From an uncultured virus (IMG/VR IMGVR_UViG_3300009155_000061) (Duplodnaviria; Heunggongvirae; Uroviricota; Caudoviricetes), in IMG/VR virus record IMGVR_UViG_3300009155_000061: DNA of 64,000 nt; one strand, 5' to 3'. This document shows, piece after piece, positions 28,056-37,719 of this stretch; the stretch's first letter is position 1, and every line of letters starts with the position of its first letter. Made by a program: the position numbers and the translations under genes. A model generated the notes under the pieces. That model was not told the DNA's origin. It made no database searches and saw only the letters and a program-made list of their open reading frames with translations.

Positions 28056-28919
28056 ATGAATACATTTACCTCATCAATGTTTGAAAGCATTAAAGGCGCT
28101 TTAACGAAAAATAATAGTGAAGGCGGCGCATCAAAAATTAAAGATTATCTCAGAACTGAAGTTGGTAACACCTATACAGTTAGGCTTCTCCCTAATGTAA
28201 AAGACCCGTCTAAGACATTTTTTCATTACTACTCTTACGGATGGAATAGTCTTACTACCGGCCAACTTGTAACTGCAATTAGCCCGACTACCTGGAATCA
28301 ACGCGATCCTATCGCTGAAGAGAGATTCCGCATTCTTCGTAATGGCACAGAAGCAGAGAAGACTAAAGCGCTTGCTATTAAACGTAGAGAAAATTGGATG
28401 GTAAATGTTTATGTTGTTAACGATCCTGTTAATGCAGAAAATAATAACAAGGTAAAGATTGTTCGCTTTGGTAGACAACTTCATAAGATTATTATGGATG
28501 CTATTGAAGGTGAAGAAGCTGCAGATCTCGGACCTCGTATTTTTGATCTCTCCCCTAAGGGATGTAATCTTAAGATTAAAGTTGAAAAGCAGGGCGATTA
28601 TCCAACCTACGTTTCATCTAAATTTGCAATCCCGAAAGAGATTGAAGGTCTAGATGAAGATTCTTATAAAAAGATCTATAATAGTGCATTTGATCTTGAA
28701 TCTTATGTAAGTGTTAAGAGCTACGATGATCTCAAAGTTCTTCTCGATACTCATTATCATGGAACAAAGGATGTTGATGAAGATACGTCTGAGACCGCTA
28801 CTATTAAGCCGCAGCAAAAGACATCCGCTCCAGTACCAGTTGTTGAAGTAAAATCTACATCCAAGAGCAAAGTAGAAGATGAAGATAGTACTATTAACGA
28901 CTTGCTTAAAGATCTATAA
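28056..28919 (+). CDS. single-stranded DNA-binding protein gp32
   Basis: VRLLP, NVYVVNDPVNAENNNKV...FG, IFDL..KGCNLKIK, YPTYVSSKF, acidic tail ending DLLKDL. Confidence 0.9.
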   Translation: MNTFTSSMFESIKGALTKNNSEGGASKIKDYLRTEVGNTYTVRLLPNVKDPSKTFFHYYSYGWNSLTTGQLVTAISPTTWNQRDPIAEERFRILRNGTEAEKTKALAIKRRENWMVNVYVVNDPVNAENNNKVKIVRFGRQLHKIIMDAIEGEEAADLGPRIFDLSPKGCNLKIKVEKQGDYPTYVSSKFAIPKEIEGLDEDSYKKIYNSAFDLESYVSVKSYDDLKVLLDTHYHGTKDVDEDTSETATIKPQQKTSAPVPVVEVKSTSKSKVEDEDSTINDLLKDL

Positions 28920-28922
28920 TTA

Positions 28923-29339
28923 ATGGATACATTTAGAGAAGTTTCACCAGAAGAAGCTAAAATGCTTACGCTCCAGTTTATGGGGCAGCATCTTACTGGT
29001 GATTTAAAGCAGCTGGATCAACATATCATACAAAAAAATCCTACTCTGCAAGGAGTAACTTTTGATCCAAATAAAATTTTGAATTCAGTACCGGTTCAGC
29101 AACCGGTTGCTAATGTTGTAAATGCTGGCCTAAATATTGAGCATAATGTGCAGCCTATTAGCATTCAGACTGCTAGTACACCGGTACACCAGGTTCAAGT
29201 AGTAAGAGATCCTAATCAGCTTGAATTTGATTTCGATAATTGCTCATATTCTAAGACTATCTTCGAAAGACTTGATAGTATGGATAGAAAGTTATCACAG
29301 CTGCTTGAGCTTTTTAAAAAAACAGAAAATATAGATTGA
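28923..29339 (+). CDS. hypothetical protein
   Basis: 138 aa ORF; contains DPNQLEFDF. Confidence 0.7.
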   Translation: MDTFREVSPEEAKMLTLQFMGQHLTGDLKQLDQHIIQKNPTLQGVTFDPNKILNSVPVQQPVANVVNAGLNIEHNVQPISIQTASTPVHQVQVVRDPNQLEFDFDNCSYSKTIFERLDSMDRKLSQLLELFKKTENID

Positions 29340-29369
29340 AAGACAGAAATAAGTTACTATCATTAATAT

Positions 29370-30101
29370 ATGGTTTTAAAAATATCTTCACGTGAGAAGT
29401 TTTATAACTATTTTATAACACCATTAAGCAAAGTTACAGACAGCGCAGTACTTAAAGTAGAAAATAAAAAAATTACTTCATTAGTCTCTACTAGTGATAA
29501 TACAATTATTATTAGTGCGGAGTATATCGATGATACTATCGATGTTGTTAAGACGTTAAACGTACCTGATCTTAAAAAGCTTTGCAGAGTATTAAGCTGT
29601 ATTGAAACAGAAAATCTTGAGCTTGATATATCTCAAAACTTTATCGGTTATTCGTCAGATAGTATACGCTTTAAATACCATCTTTATGATGATAACATTA
29701 TTAATACACCTAAAATTAATATGGAGAAATTAAAGAGCTATACATTTGATGGTAAATTTACACTTCCATATAATTCTATTGTAAGTCTTATTAAGGGCAG
29801 CTCTATTAGTACTGAAACAAACAAGCTTTATATATCAGTTAAAAGTACTACAGTATTTGGTGAACTAACAGATAAAACAAGATCTAATATTGATTCATAT
29901 GGCATTAAAATATCGGAAAATTACGATGGAATACAGTTTGCGCTACCTATCCCGTTGAATTTTGAGATATTTAGAATAATTTCTTCTATGAAGTTCAAAG
30001 AGCTACAAGCTAACCTAATTACAAAGATGGGTGTTCTAACACTCGATTTAAACCTAGATAATTCTAACTTTAAGTTCTTATTATCAGCACTGGCAAACTA
30101 A
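29370..30101 (+). CDS. probable sliding clamp (gp45-like)
   Basis: 243 aa, alternating beta/alpha pattern with LNVPDLKKL and IRFKY segments like gp45/PCNA; replication context. Confidence 0.6.
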   Translation: MVLKISSREKFYNYFITPLSKVTDSAVLKVENKKITSLVSTSDNTIIISAEYIDDTIDVVKTLNVPDLKKLCRVLSCIETENLELDISQNFIGYSSDSIRFKYHLYDDNIINTPKINMEKLKSYTFDGKFTLPYNSIVSLIKGSSISTETNKLYISVKSTTVFGELTDKTRSNIDSYGIKISENYDGIQFALPIPLNFEIFRIISSMKFKELQANLITKMGVLTLDLNLDNSNFKFLLSALAN

Positions 30102-30481
30102 TGAGCAAAAATAAACTTAGAACACCTAGTTACTTTATTAAAAGATTACGTGATAACGGCTTTATAGTAATAAAGCTATTTGCTGTTTATTCAAAGCAGG
30201 ACCCACGTCAATGGACCCTAATGGTCAATCCAAGTGAATCATCAGTATTCATTACTTGCTATGCTAATAAAAATCATTTAGATGAAATCTTGTTCGAATT
30301 TAATGATGGCGGTAGGCGCATAGCTAGTAACTTCTTCATTAAAACAGATAGTATTGAAGTTATTATTGATTTCTTACTTAAAAACGGTGTTTCGAATAAT
30401 ACCCCATATAAAGGACGTGAGAGATACTTTAAGAAAAGACTAAATAATTATGATGAAAAACAAGAATTCATCCAACGATAA
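30101..30481 (+). CDS. hypothetical protein
   Basis: 126 aa ORF coupled by TAATG. Confidence 0.7.
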   Translation: MSKNKLRTPSYFIKRLRDNGFIVIKLFAVYSKQDPRQWTLMVNPSESSVFITCYANKNHLDEILFEFNDGGRRIASNFFIKTDSIEVIIDFLLKNGVSNNTPYKGRERYFKKRLNNYDEKQEFIQR

Positions 30482-30779
30482 AAAGAAAGATTCATTTGAC
30501 CCTAACGCTAATAAAGAGGTCAAAGAGCTTACTCATAAAGCTTTAGTCTCGTTTCTTAGAGAGCAGCTTAGTGAACAAGCTGTACAGCGTAAAGACATAG
30601 ATGTTCTTACTGCGCAAATTCTTGAATTCTTAAATAGCTTTATTCTTATCGGCTATAATTTTGACGGGAAGCCTGTTACTCTTATCTCTGCTCATAATCA
30701 GCAAGAAGCAGATTCACTCGGTGCTCTTTTAAATAAGTTTCTTCTTAATTCGGCAGAAGATAAAATGTCTGGAGATTGA
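30450..30779 (+). CDS. hypothetical protein
   Basis: 109 aa ORF; TAAATA just upstream. Confidence 0.7.
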   Translation: MMKNKNSSNDKKKDSFDPNANKEVKELTHKALVSFLREQLSEQAVQRKDIDVLTAQILEFLNSFILIGYNFDGKPVTLISAHNQQEADSLGALLNKFLLNSAEDKMSGD

Positions 30780-30804
30780 ATAGTTAGTAGTATAAAATTA
30801 TATC

Positions 30805-31689
30805 GTGGTTAATGTAATAATTCTCGGTAAAGGATTTGTCGGTAATCATATTTTTAACATTTTTAAGAACGATACAAACCTTCATACTATTTTAGTCAGT
30901 AGAGAAGAAGTAGATTATTTTAACGAAATTATATTAAAAAAATTCCTAAGAGAGCTTCATTGTTACCCGGGTAGCGATATTGTGTTTATTAATTGCTCTG
31001 GGTACACAGGAAGACCTAACGTCGATGCATGCGAGTCGAACAAAGAAATGTGTGTTGAGTATAATACTAAACTACCTGTCTTTTTAAGTAACTTTTGTCA
31101 AAAATATAAATATTATCTTATTAATATCTCTAGTGGGTGTATTTATAGCGGTTACGAAAAAGAGTATACCGAAGAAGATGTTCCAAATTTTGGAATGTAT
31201 TCGAATGTTAGCAGTTTTTATTCGAAAACAAAACATCTTGCAGAGTTACTATATACAAAAACACATTCAACAATTCTTAGAATACGTATGCCATTTTGCT
31301 CTTATTCTTCTGAACGGAGTATTATTAATAAAATTATAAACTATAATAATCTTGTATCATTTAGAAATAGTTTAACATCTTTAGATGATCTAACTGTCTT
31401 TATTAATAAATTTATAGTTAATAAATTTTATAAAACAAAGCCAGATATATACAATGTTGTTAATCCCGGTGGAATAGATGCAAAGGAAATCGTTCAGTTA
31501 CTCTCAAAAAATAATATTATTAATAAAAATTGGAAGTTTGTAGATATTGAAAACTTACAACTTAAGGCAAACCGTTCTAATTGTGTCTTATCTAGTCAAA
31601 AAATAGCTGATCTCGGATTAGACTTACCACCTATTCATGAAACACTACTGACGAGTATTGAAAAACTTTCCCATGAAGCAACTTTTTAG
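30805..31689 (+). CDS. NDP-4-keto-6-deoxyglucose 3,5-epimerase/4-reductase (RmlD-like, NRS/ER type)
   Basis: GKGFVG, GYTGRPNVDACE, SSGCIY, SFYSKTK, LRIRMP, YNVVNPG, RSNCVL. Confidence 0.82.
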   Translation: MVNVIILGKGFVGNHIFNIFKNDTNLHTILVSREEVDYFNEIILKKFLRELHCYPGSDIVFINCSGYTGRPNVDACESNKEMCVEYNTKLPVFLSNFCQKYKYYLINISSGCIYSGYEKEYTEEDVPNFGMYSNVSSFYSKTKHLAELLYTKTHSTILRIRMPFCSYSSERSIINKIINYNNLVSFRNSLTSLDDLTVFINKFIVNKFYKTKPDIYNVVNPGGIDAKEIVQLLSKNNIINKNWKFVDIENLQLKANRSNCVLSSQKIADLGLDLPPIHETLLTSIEKLSHEATF

Positions 31690-31951
31690 TTTTTTAGAGA
31701 AGCACCCTAAAAAAAGATTTTTATACGCTATAACAGGTGGTTTTTACCTTGGAGAGCTTTTTGTTTTTATCGAAAAGGAAAACGAGAATTTTAATTTTCT
31801 TTCATTGCCTGAAATGAAGATTAGAACTGTACCTTCTGATAAGTTTATCTTTGGATTAGATAATAAAATTATTGATATAGTCGAAAAACTGCCATCTCAT
31901 GTTTATAATACATGTGTTAAACAATATCAAAAAAATAAGACAAAAATATAG
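31673..31951 (+). CDS. hypothetical protein
   Basis: ORF from ATG 31673. Confidence 0.65.
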   Translation: MKQLFSFLEKHPKKRFLYAITGGFYLGELFVFIEKENENFNFLSLPEMKIRTVPSDKFIFGLDNKIIDIVEKLPSHVYNTCVKQYQKNKTKI

Positions 31952-31984
31952 TATATTTTTTAAAACATAGTTATAAGTACCTTT

Positions 31985-32179
31985 ATGAAAATAGTTATTG
32001 AAACAACATTAAAGACAGATACTGAAAAAGAAGCATTTTCCTTTGCTATTGACAAAGAAGAGATTGCTAATATAGCCAATAAATTAGGACTCGCTGGTGC
32101 TAATAAAGCTATCGATAGCTTTGCTGAAAAGTATACAATTGCTTTTAAGCAAAAGCTTGCCGAGTTTTTAAATAAATAA
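31985..32179 (+). CDS. small hypothetical protein
   Basis: 64 aa ORF, co-directional with neighbours. Confidence 0.6.
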   Translation: MKIVIETTLKTDTEKEAFSFAIDKEEIANIANKLGLAGANKAIDSFAEKYTIAFKQKLAEFLNK

Positions 32180-32185
32180 TAATAT

Positions 32186-32383
32186 ATGGATTTTGTTGAG
32201 CCGAGACCGATGCAGTCACCTATAAGCGGACAGACTATCCGCCCTGTACTTAAAACGTTCATACGTGGTAATCAGGAGATTGTGGAAGCGCATTATATTG
32301 ATCCAGCTTCTGGTGCCTTTGTGCACAAAGGCGTTGTCTCTGTCAAAGATATAAGTAAGCCAAAGCCAGAAACAAAAGAATAA
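32186..32383 (+). CDS. small hypothetical protein
   Basis: 65 aa ORF; TAAATA upstream. Confidence 0.65.
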   Translation: MDFVEPRPMQSPISGQTIRPVLKTFIRGNQEIVEAHYIDPASGAFVHKGVVSVKDISKPKPETKE

Positions 32384-32385
32384 TA

Positions 32386-32413
32386 TTGTTAATTCTTTTA
32401 AAGTAGTTATAAT
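32386..32413 (+). promoter_or_regulatory. sigma70-type promoter of primase (TTGTTA-N16-TATAAT, 6 nt before GTG)
   Basis: Read directly. Confidence 0.6.
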
Positions 32414-32419
32414 GCTTGT

Positions 32420-33454
32420 GTGTTAGTACCGCAAGACTACATTCTTCAGAAATTCTATCAATACGCGGGTTATCCCAAGTTTAAGAAGTTTAGTAATACG
32501 TATATTGCAGGATGTCCGATTTGCAGAGAAGGTAAATCATGGCTACGCAAAAGACGGTGCGTTTATATTGTTGACGATAGTGTTGTATGCTGTCATAATT
32601 GTGGATGGTATAGTAATGCAATTAAATGGATACAAGAAGTATCGGGTCTAACTTTTAACGAGATAGTACAGGAGTCTAAAACATATGATATATTACCTTT
32701 AGACATCTTAAAGAGCGATGAGCCCGTTAAACCAGTAAGACAAGTAGAGAGACTTCCATTAGACTCAATTAATTTATTTGACGAAAGCCAGGTATTATAT
32801 TATAAAGATAATACCGTCGTTCAGGATGCATTAAATTTAATTAAAAAACGAAAGATAGATATTGCTGTAAACAGACCTGAATCGATTTGGTTATCACTTA
32901 AAGACAAGGTACATAAAAATAGACTTGTTATTCCTTTTTACGATGAAAATAGCGAAATAATATTCTATCAATCTCGTGCAATTTATAATAATGATTTAAA
33001 GTTTTATCCGAAATATCTTAGTAAAGTAAATGGCGAAAAAGCACTCTATAATATTAATAAAATATCTTCTGATCTTGAATATATTTTTATTTTCGAAGGT
33101 CCTATTGATTCTTTTTTTGTTAAAAACGGAACAGCTGTTGCAGGTATTCAAGAAAATAGTAATAATATGTTTTCGAAGCTACAAGAGACACAACTCTCAC
33201 CGTTTAAGTTTTATAAAAAGATTTGGGTGTTAGATAGCCAGTGGGTTGACTCTGCGAGTAAAAATAAAACTATGAAGCTTATTGAAAATAACGAACATGT
33301 TTTTATATGGCCAGAGAATATGGGTAAAACCTATAAAGATATAAATGAATACTGCGATGCGAATAATATAGGCAGCGTAGATCCAGAATTTTTTATCGAA
33401 AATAGCTGTGACGGATTAAAAGCTAAGCTTAAGATGTCAGTTATTAGTCGTTAG
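32420..33454 (+). CDS. DNA primase gp61
   Basis: CPIC...CHNCG zinc finger, RLVIPF, YQSR, KYL, TOPRIM FEGPIDS, KDINE. Confidence 0.93.
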   Translation: MLVPQDYILQKFYQYAGYPKFKKFSNTYIAGCPICREGKSWLRKRRCVYIVDDSVVCCHNCGWYSNAIKWIQEVSGLTFNEIVQESKTYDILPLDILKSDEPVKPVRQVERLPLDSINLFDESQVLYYKDNTVVQDALNLIKKRKIDIAVNRPESIWLSLKDKVHKNRLVIPFYDENSEIIFYQSRAIYNNDLKFYPKYLSKVNGEKALYNINKISSDLEYIFIFEGPIDSFFVKNGTAVAGIQENSNNMFSKLQETQLSPFKFYKKIWVLDSQWVDSASKNKTMKLIENNEHVFIWPENMGKTYKDINEYCDANNIGSVDPEFFIENSCDGLKAKLKMSVISR

Positions 33455-33848
33455 CAGAGATAAGATATCCCTTAAGCGATTCGCTCAAAGAACTCAACTC
33501 AGCAGCAAGACGAGAAATTTTCTTCTTCTCACTTCTTGCAATGTCTTCAAATATAGAATCACAAGCTGCAGAATGTAACTGAACTTGCATAGACGATGGA
33601 TCTGTACCGTTAAGATACCTGATAAATTCATCAATATGAACAATCCATTCTTTTAATTTTTGAACTTGCTCTTGTTTTCTATGATCAACAATCTTTTCAC
33701 GTCCGCCTTGTACGTCGAAATCTTCAGGTTTAGCAGATGTTAATGTTTGTGCCATCGCAGCTTTATCAGAATCAGGAGCTGCTGCTGGTGTTGCTGGAGC
33801 TTCATCTGCTTCTATAACAACACGAAATTTTTGTTCGAATAGACTCAT
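33444..33848 (-). CDS. hypothetical late protein
   Basis: Start moved to ATG 33848 (MSLFEQKFRVVIE/A), 5 nt after TAAATA 33854-33859. Confidence 0.72.
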   Translation of the reverse strand: MSLFEQKFRVVIEADEAPATPAAAPDSDKAAMAQTLTSAKPEDFDVQGGREKIVDHRKQEQVQKLKEWIVHIDEFIRYLNGTDPSSMQVQLHSAACDSIFEDIARSEKKKISRLAAELSSLSESLKGYLISAND

Positions 33849-33882
33849 ATTATTATTTATTACAAATTGATTAAATAATTTT

Positions 33883-34260
33883 ATGAAAAGAAAGCTTTTA
33901 TTTGACGAAGTTATGCAGTATAACAAATGGACATCAGGTATGGCTTCTAGAGAGCTTGCAACACAACATGTTACACTCAAAGACTTATTTGATAAATCAG
34001 TAAATCAATTTCCTAATGATGCCAAGGCTGATAAAGCATTACCGTATCCCCTTCCTAGCGTAATTGAACAACTTGGTGAACTCTTTATAAACGCAGGCAA
34101 TGCTCAAGAGCTCTTTAAGATGTCGTTGAAAAATCCTGTTATTCAGAAGAATGAAGTCGCTATGAAACAAGTCAAAGTAGTAATAGACAAATTATCTTCA
34201 ATTATTAATACGTTGAATACAATATTTGCTGCCACAGAAAAACCTGTTGCAAAAAAATGA
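33883..34260 (+). CDS. hypothetical late protein
   Basis: 125 aa; TAAATA 33872-33877. Confidence 0.7.
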   Translation: MKRKLLFDEVMQYNKWTSGMASRELATQHVTLKDLFDKSVNQFPNDAKADKALPYPLPSVIEQLGELFINAGNAQELFKMSLKNPVIQKNEVAMKQVKVVIDKLSSIINTLNTIFAATEKPVAKK

Positions 34261-34282
34261 TTTATATACTAAAATCATAGTA

Positions 34283-34723
34283 ATGCTTAAAAGATTTGTC
34301 ATACAATTAACATTGTTAATTTCTATATCTTCGCTTATAGCGTTTTTATTAAACTCTCTTGGCGTAAATATGGTTATTGGATTTTTATCTGGTTTGTTTT
34401 TGCAGTTCGTAGGGTACAACGCTTTTTATTCTGCATTAGATGCATACTTAGCTATTAAAAATAAAGCACTAGAAAACGAACGAATTAAAGAATTTTCCTA
34501 CCAGGGATTAGAAGTGGCTTGCCCATGCTATAAAAAGCATATTGATTTCGTCCCTGTTAGACTCAATACCTCCAATTATTATAAATGCGGTGAGTGTAAA
34601 AAGAATGTTAGCGTTATTATCGCTGCGGAAACAGCTGTAACTACAGAGCCAATAATTAATACTGATCTACCTGTTGTGAATGAAAAGCTTATGGAAAGTG
34701 TAATTAGTAATGCAAATTCCTGA
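34283..34723 (+). CDS. membrane protein with two TM helices and C-terminal zinc ribbon
   Basis: Hydrophobic N-terminal segments; CPC...CGEC. Confidence 0.7.
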   Translation: MLKRFVIQLTLLISISSLIAFLLNSLGVNMVIGFLSGLFLQFVGYNAFYSALDAYLAIKNKALENERIKEFSYQGLEVACPCYKKHIDFVPVRLNTSNYYKCGECKKNVSVIIAAETAVTTEPIINTDLPVVNEKLMESVISNANS

Positions 34724-35162
34724 AAGTATTGAAAAAATAACTAAAGAAGTACCTCCTTCTGCTTTAGTTAGAAAAGAAGAACCGTCTTCCGTTCCTCTTG
34801 ATGAAATAATTTTTAATATTAAAAAAACTCTTGATATTAAGTCAACAGAATACTTCGAAAAAGGATTAGTTTATATGAAGAATGATCTTTCTTCCGATAA
34901 GCAAATTATTAAAAACTATATTAATCTTATTAATGATTGTATGGTTGGAGCTCTTAAAAATAGTGACGTTAGTGAAGATTACAAGAGTGAGCTTATTACT
35001 AATTTTAAGATTATCGTTGATTCGCTTAAGAATATTTTTGATTCAACCTACAACACAGTTTTTATTTTAAATAAACAAAAGAATTTACTTGATAGCAAAG
35101 AAATTACCTTCACAATACTAGGATATGCAATCGGAATTATCAAAAAAATCTATAACCGTTGA
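34710..35162 (+). CDS. hypothetical protein
   Basis: 150 aa ORF. Confidence 0.65.
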   Translation: MQIPESIEKITKEVPPSALVRKEEPSSVPLDEIIFNIKKTLDIKSTEYFEKGLVYMKNDLSSDKQIIKNYINLINDCMVGALKNSDVSEDYKSELITNFKIIVDSLKNIFDSTYNTVFILNKQKNLLDSKEITFTILGYAIGIIKKIYNR

Positions 35163-35436
35163 CTGTAAGAACGGCAACCGCAACCTTAATGTCGATGAGT
35201 ATACAAGATGGCTATGTCTCCTCGAAGCACTAGATATTATTAGCCGTAAAGCTCAACAATTTAAAGTTGATCTTCATGGTAAAGATGTTGATTGGGTAAA
35301 ACCTTTAGCATTTCAAAAATATATTGTAGATAGATTTGAATCTATGAAAGATGAAGTTGTAAAGAATGAAACAGTAGTCGAAACTTTTGAAGCACCAACA
35401 CTATGCACTACATCGTCGGAACCCGCATTAGTATAA
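35125..35436 (+). CDS. hypothetical protein
   Basis: 103 aa ORF. Confidence 0.65.
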   Translation: MQSELSKKSITVDCKNGNRNLNVDEYTRWLCLLEALDIISRKAQQFKVDLHGKDVDWVKPLAFQKYIVDRFESMKDEVVKNETVVETFEAPTLCTTSSEPALV

Positions 35437-35684
35437 CTGTTAACGCAAAGGCTGGTCTCTTTTCCCGTGATAAGAGATTTAAACCTGGAGTTAATTACAT
35501 GCTAATTAATATTAAACCTGAGAATAGCAAATACAAATATGTTTTTGTTGGTTCTGATCGCAGTACAGTGGAGCAAGAATTCGCTTCATGTCGCGAAGGA
35601 GACAAGTTTATTGCGAGTTTAAGAAACGAAACACTTCCTGATTACGATGCTCCAGTTAATATTATTGATACTATAGCAGATTAA
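35403..35684 (+). CDS. hypothetical protein
   Basis: 93 aa ORF. Confidence 0.65.
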   Translation: MHYIVGTRISITVNAKAGLFSRDKRFKPGVNYMLINIKPENSKYKYVFVGSDRSTVEQEFASCREGDKFIASLRNETLPDYDAPVNIIDTIAD

Positions 35685-36418
35685 TAATAACCGCCATACA
35701 CATTATCGTAATTTGTCTTAGTATAATCAAATATCTTCTCTTTTGATTCTTGTTTAGCACTATATGTGTAAGGTTTATCTGCACCAGAAGCTGTAGTAAC
35801 TTTTGTATCGTCAAATACTTGATCGTTCATAGCTTCTGGAGTAACTCCTGGTTCAAAAGAGTATTCGAATCTCTTAGCTTTTATAAGCCAGACGTAATGG
35901 CCTGCAAGTGCATTAATTTGAGCTATATCTTGATCTAATCTTTGCGTTATCTCGTAAATGTTACCATTACGTCCACCGGGTCTATCACTACCATACTCAA
36001 CTAGTTGAAATAGATCACCAGATTTAGGTTCTGCACCGTAACCAAACGTTTCATAGAACGCGCTTATATGAACAAAAGCAGTAACCTCATCATCTGAAAC
36101 AAGACCAAACTTACTTAGCATTAGCGCATTTTCATTTAAATTGATAGCTATAGTAATAAGCTGTGGTGTAGAATATGCTTGTGTAGGTTGTTCACCATAT
36201 AGCATATCTGCACTTAACGTAGTTGTATTATTAACAATATAACCAACTTTTTGACCGTATAAATTAATTTGCTCTCTCCAGTAATTAGAAATAGTATTTC
36301 TCTCACAGCTATTATTGGTTTTATCTGTATATCTAAAGCATGTATTATCTTCAAAGAAAAAAGGGTAAACACCTCCTTGAGGATTAATATTACCGGTGTA
36401 ATAATTCTTTGATTCCAT
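35681..36418 (-). CDS. neck protein gp14-like
   Basis: EQINLYG, LYGE, LSKFGL..DDE, F...PKSGDL, FEYS. Confidence 0.8.
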   Translation of the reverse strand: MESKNYYTGNINPQGGVYPFFFEDNTCFRYTDKTNNSCERNTISNYWREQINLYGQKVGYIVNNTTTLSADMLYGEQPTQAYSTPQLITIAINLNENALMLSKFGLVSDDEVTAFVHISAFYETFGYGAEPKSGDLFQLVEYGSDRPGGRNGNIYEITQRLDQDIAQINALAGHYVWLIKAKRFEYSFEPGVTPEAMNDQVFDDTKVTTASGADKPYTYSAKQESKEKIFDYTKTNYDNVYGGYY

Positions 36419-36419
36419 A

Positions 36420-36746
36420 TTACTTCTCTAATACAGCCGCATTTAACACCGGATCAAAACGGAGAGTTATTCCCGTATTGCCAAGAGATTTAGCTTTTGC
36501 TCTATCTAATTGAAGATTAAATTCACTCTCTATCTCTCTAACATCATTATCATTACATACAAATCTACCATTATTTCTATTTTTTAAGCTTTCTACTTTC
36601 TGATTACTCTTTACAGTTCTATGCATATGAGGTACAACACGCCCGGGGTGCTTTGAATGGGAGCTCACATCGCGTAGCATAGGATTCATATGACGCTTTT
36701 TTGTCTGTAATGGTTTATTACTGTAAAAATCTTTAAAGGTCATCAT
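36420..36746 (-). CDS. hypothetical late protein
   Basis: MMTFKDFY start after TAAATA 36751-36756. Confidence 0.7.
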   Translation of the reverse strand: MMTFKDFYSNKPLQTKKRHMNPMLRDVSSHSKHPGRVVPHMHRTVKSNQKVESLKNRNNGRFVCNDNDVREIESEFNLQLDRAKAKSLGNTGITLRFDPVLNAAVLEK

Positions 36747-36759
36747 AATATATTTAAGC

Positions 36760-36790
36760 AAAAAAAAGGGCCTTAATTGAATAAGGCCCT
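36760..36790 (-). terminator. intrinsic terminator
   Basis: 9-bp stem AGGGCCTTA/TAAGGCCCT with 6-nt loop, followed by T8 on the minus strand, just after the 37719-36817 gene. Confidence 0.85.
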
Positions 36791-36816
36791 TAATTTTACT
36801 ATTTTTGACTATTGTT

Positions 36817-37719
36817 TTATTTTAATCCAGCGAGGTAAGCGCCAACTTTTGATGTCTTACTTGCGACAACGTTAGCTTTACCCTTAGGAGAGGTGGGTGC
36901 ACCACCCTTTACGCCAGCACCTACTAATGCATGGCCTTTTTCACCATCGTTACCGACCTTATCGGTAACTTTCCCATCACCAGCACCGCTAGAGGTCAAG
37001 CTCTTTGTTACATCACCGACCTTGTTATCCTTCTTCTGAAGGCTTTCACCAGCGCTAGCAGGAAGCTCTTTCATATCAGTAGCTTCTTTAGCTACCTCTT
37101 GATTGTCTTCCTCTTCATCCTTCTCGTCATCTTTTTCTTCGTTTGCTTCATCTGAAGCAGTTTCATCTGAAACTTCATCTTCATGCTCGTGTTCAGCGTT
37201 TACATCACCTTCGACATCGAGAATGTCGCGAAGTGCATCACAAAGCTTCTGAGCCATGTCGCGAGGAAGAGATAATGTTACTTCTTCACCGCTAATTGTT
37301 TCACCGGCATCGCTTGATTCGTCGCCGGTAGGTAAGCCAAGAGCTGCAGCATCATTTGCTTCAGCATCAGGTTGACCACCCATTACATCTTCGTAGAGTT
37401 TGTCAAAAATAGATTTATTCATAGAAGTATTTATTGTTCGTACCTCTGTTTTTTCGAGGTTTTGTGAGAATTTCTTCGGCTCATAAAAATTATTATCCTT
37501 TGCATCGTCAGGTTTTACAAGATCTTTCTTAAAATTATCAGCGTTCTCCGGGCCAGAATTCTTTGCAATAAAGGCTTTCTTATCTGCTGTAGCTTCTACT
37601 GGCTTTTTGTCAGTAGCTAGCTTAAACGTACCTTTAGGAGGGAATACTGATTTCTTTTCTTCAATAATGCTCTTTTCATAAAAATCACCCATTTCAACTA
37701 ATGTACGTGTATTGTTCAT
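36817..37719 (-). CDS. acidic low-complexity late protein (prohead core/internal protein candidate)
   Basis: TATAAATA 37726-37733; Asp/Glu-rich centre; followed by its own terminator. Confidence 0.75.
   Translation of the reverse strand: MNNTRTLVEMGDFYEKSIIEEKKSVFPPKGTFKLATDKKPVEATADKKAFIAKNSGPENADNFKKDLVKPDDAKDNNFYEPKKFSQNLEKTEVRTINTSMNKSIFDKLYEDVMGGQPDAEANDAAALGLPTGDESSDAGETISGEEVTLSLPRDMAQKLCDALRDILDVEGDVNAEHEHEDEVSDETASDEANEEKDDEKDEEEDNQEVAKEATDMKELPASAGESLQKKDNKVGDVTKSLTSSGAGDGKVTDKVGNDGEKGHALVGAGVKGGAPTSPKGKANVVASKTSKVGAYLAGLK
37428..37433 (-). promoter_or_regulatory. internal late promoter TAAATA 5 nt before an in-frame ATG at 37422
   Basis: Same geometry as the other late promoters; downstream peptide MNKSIFDKLYE. 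Confidence 0.55.
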
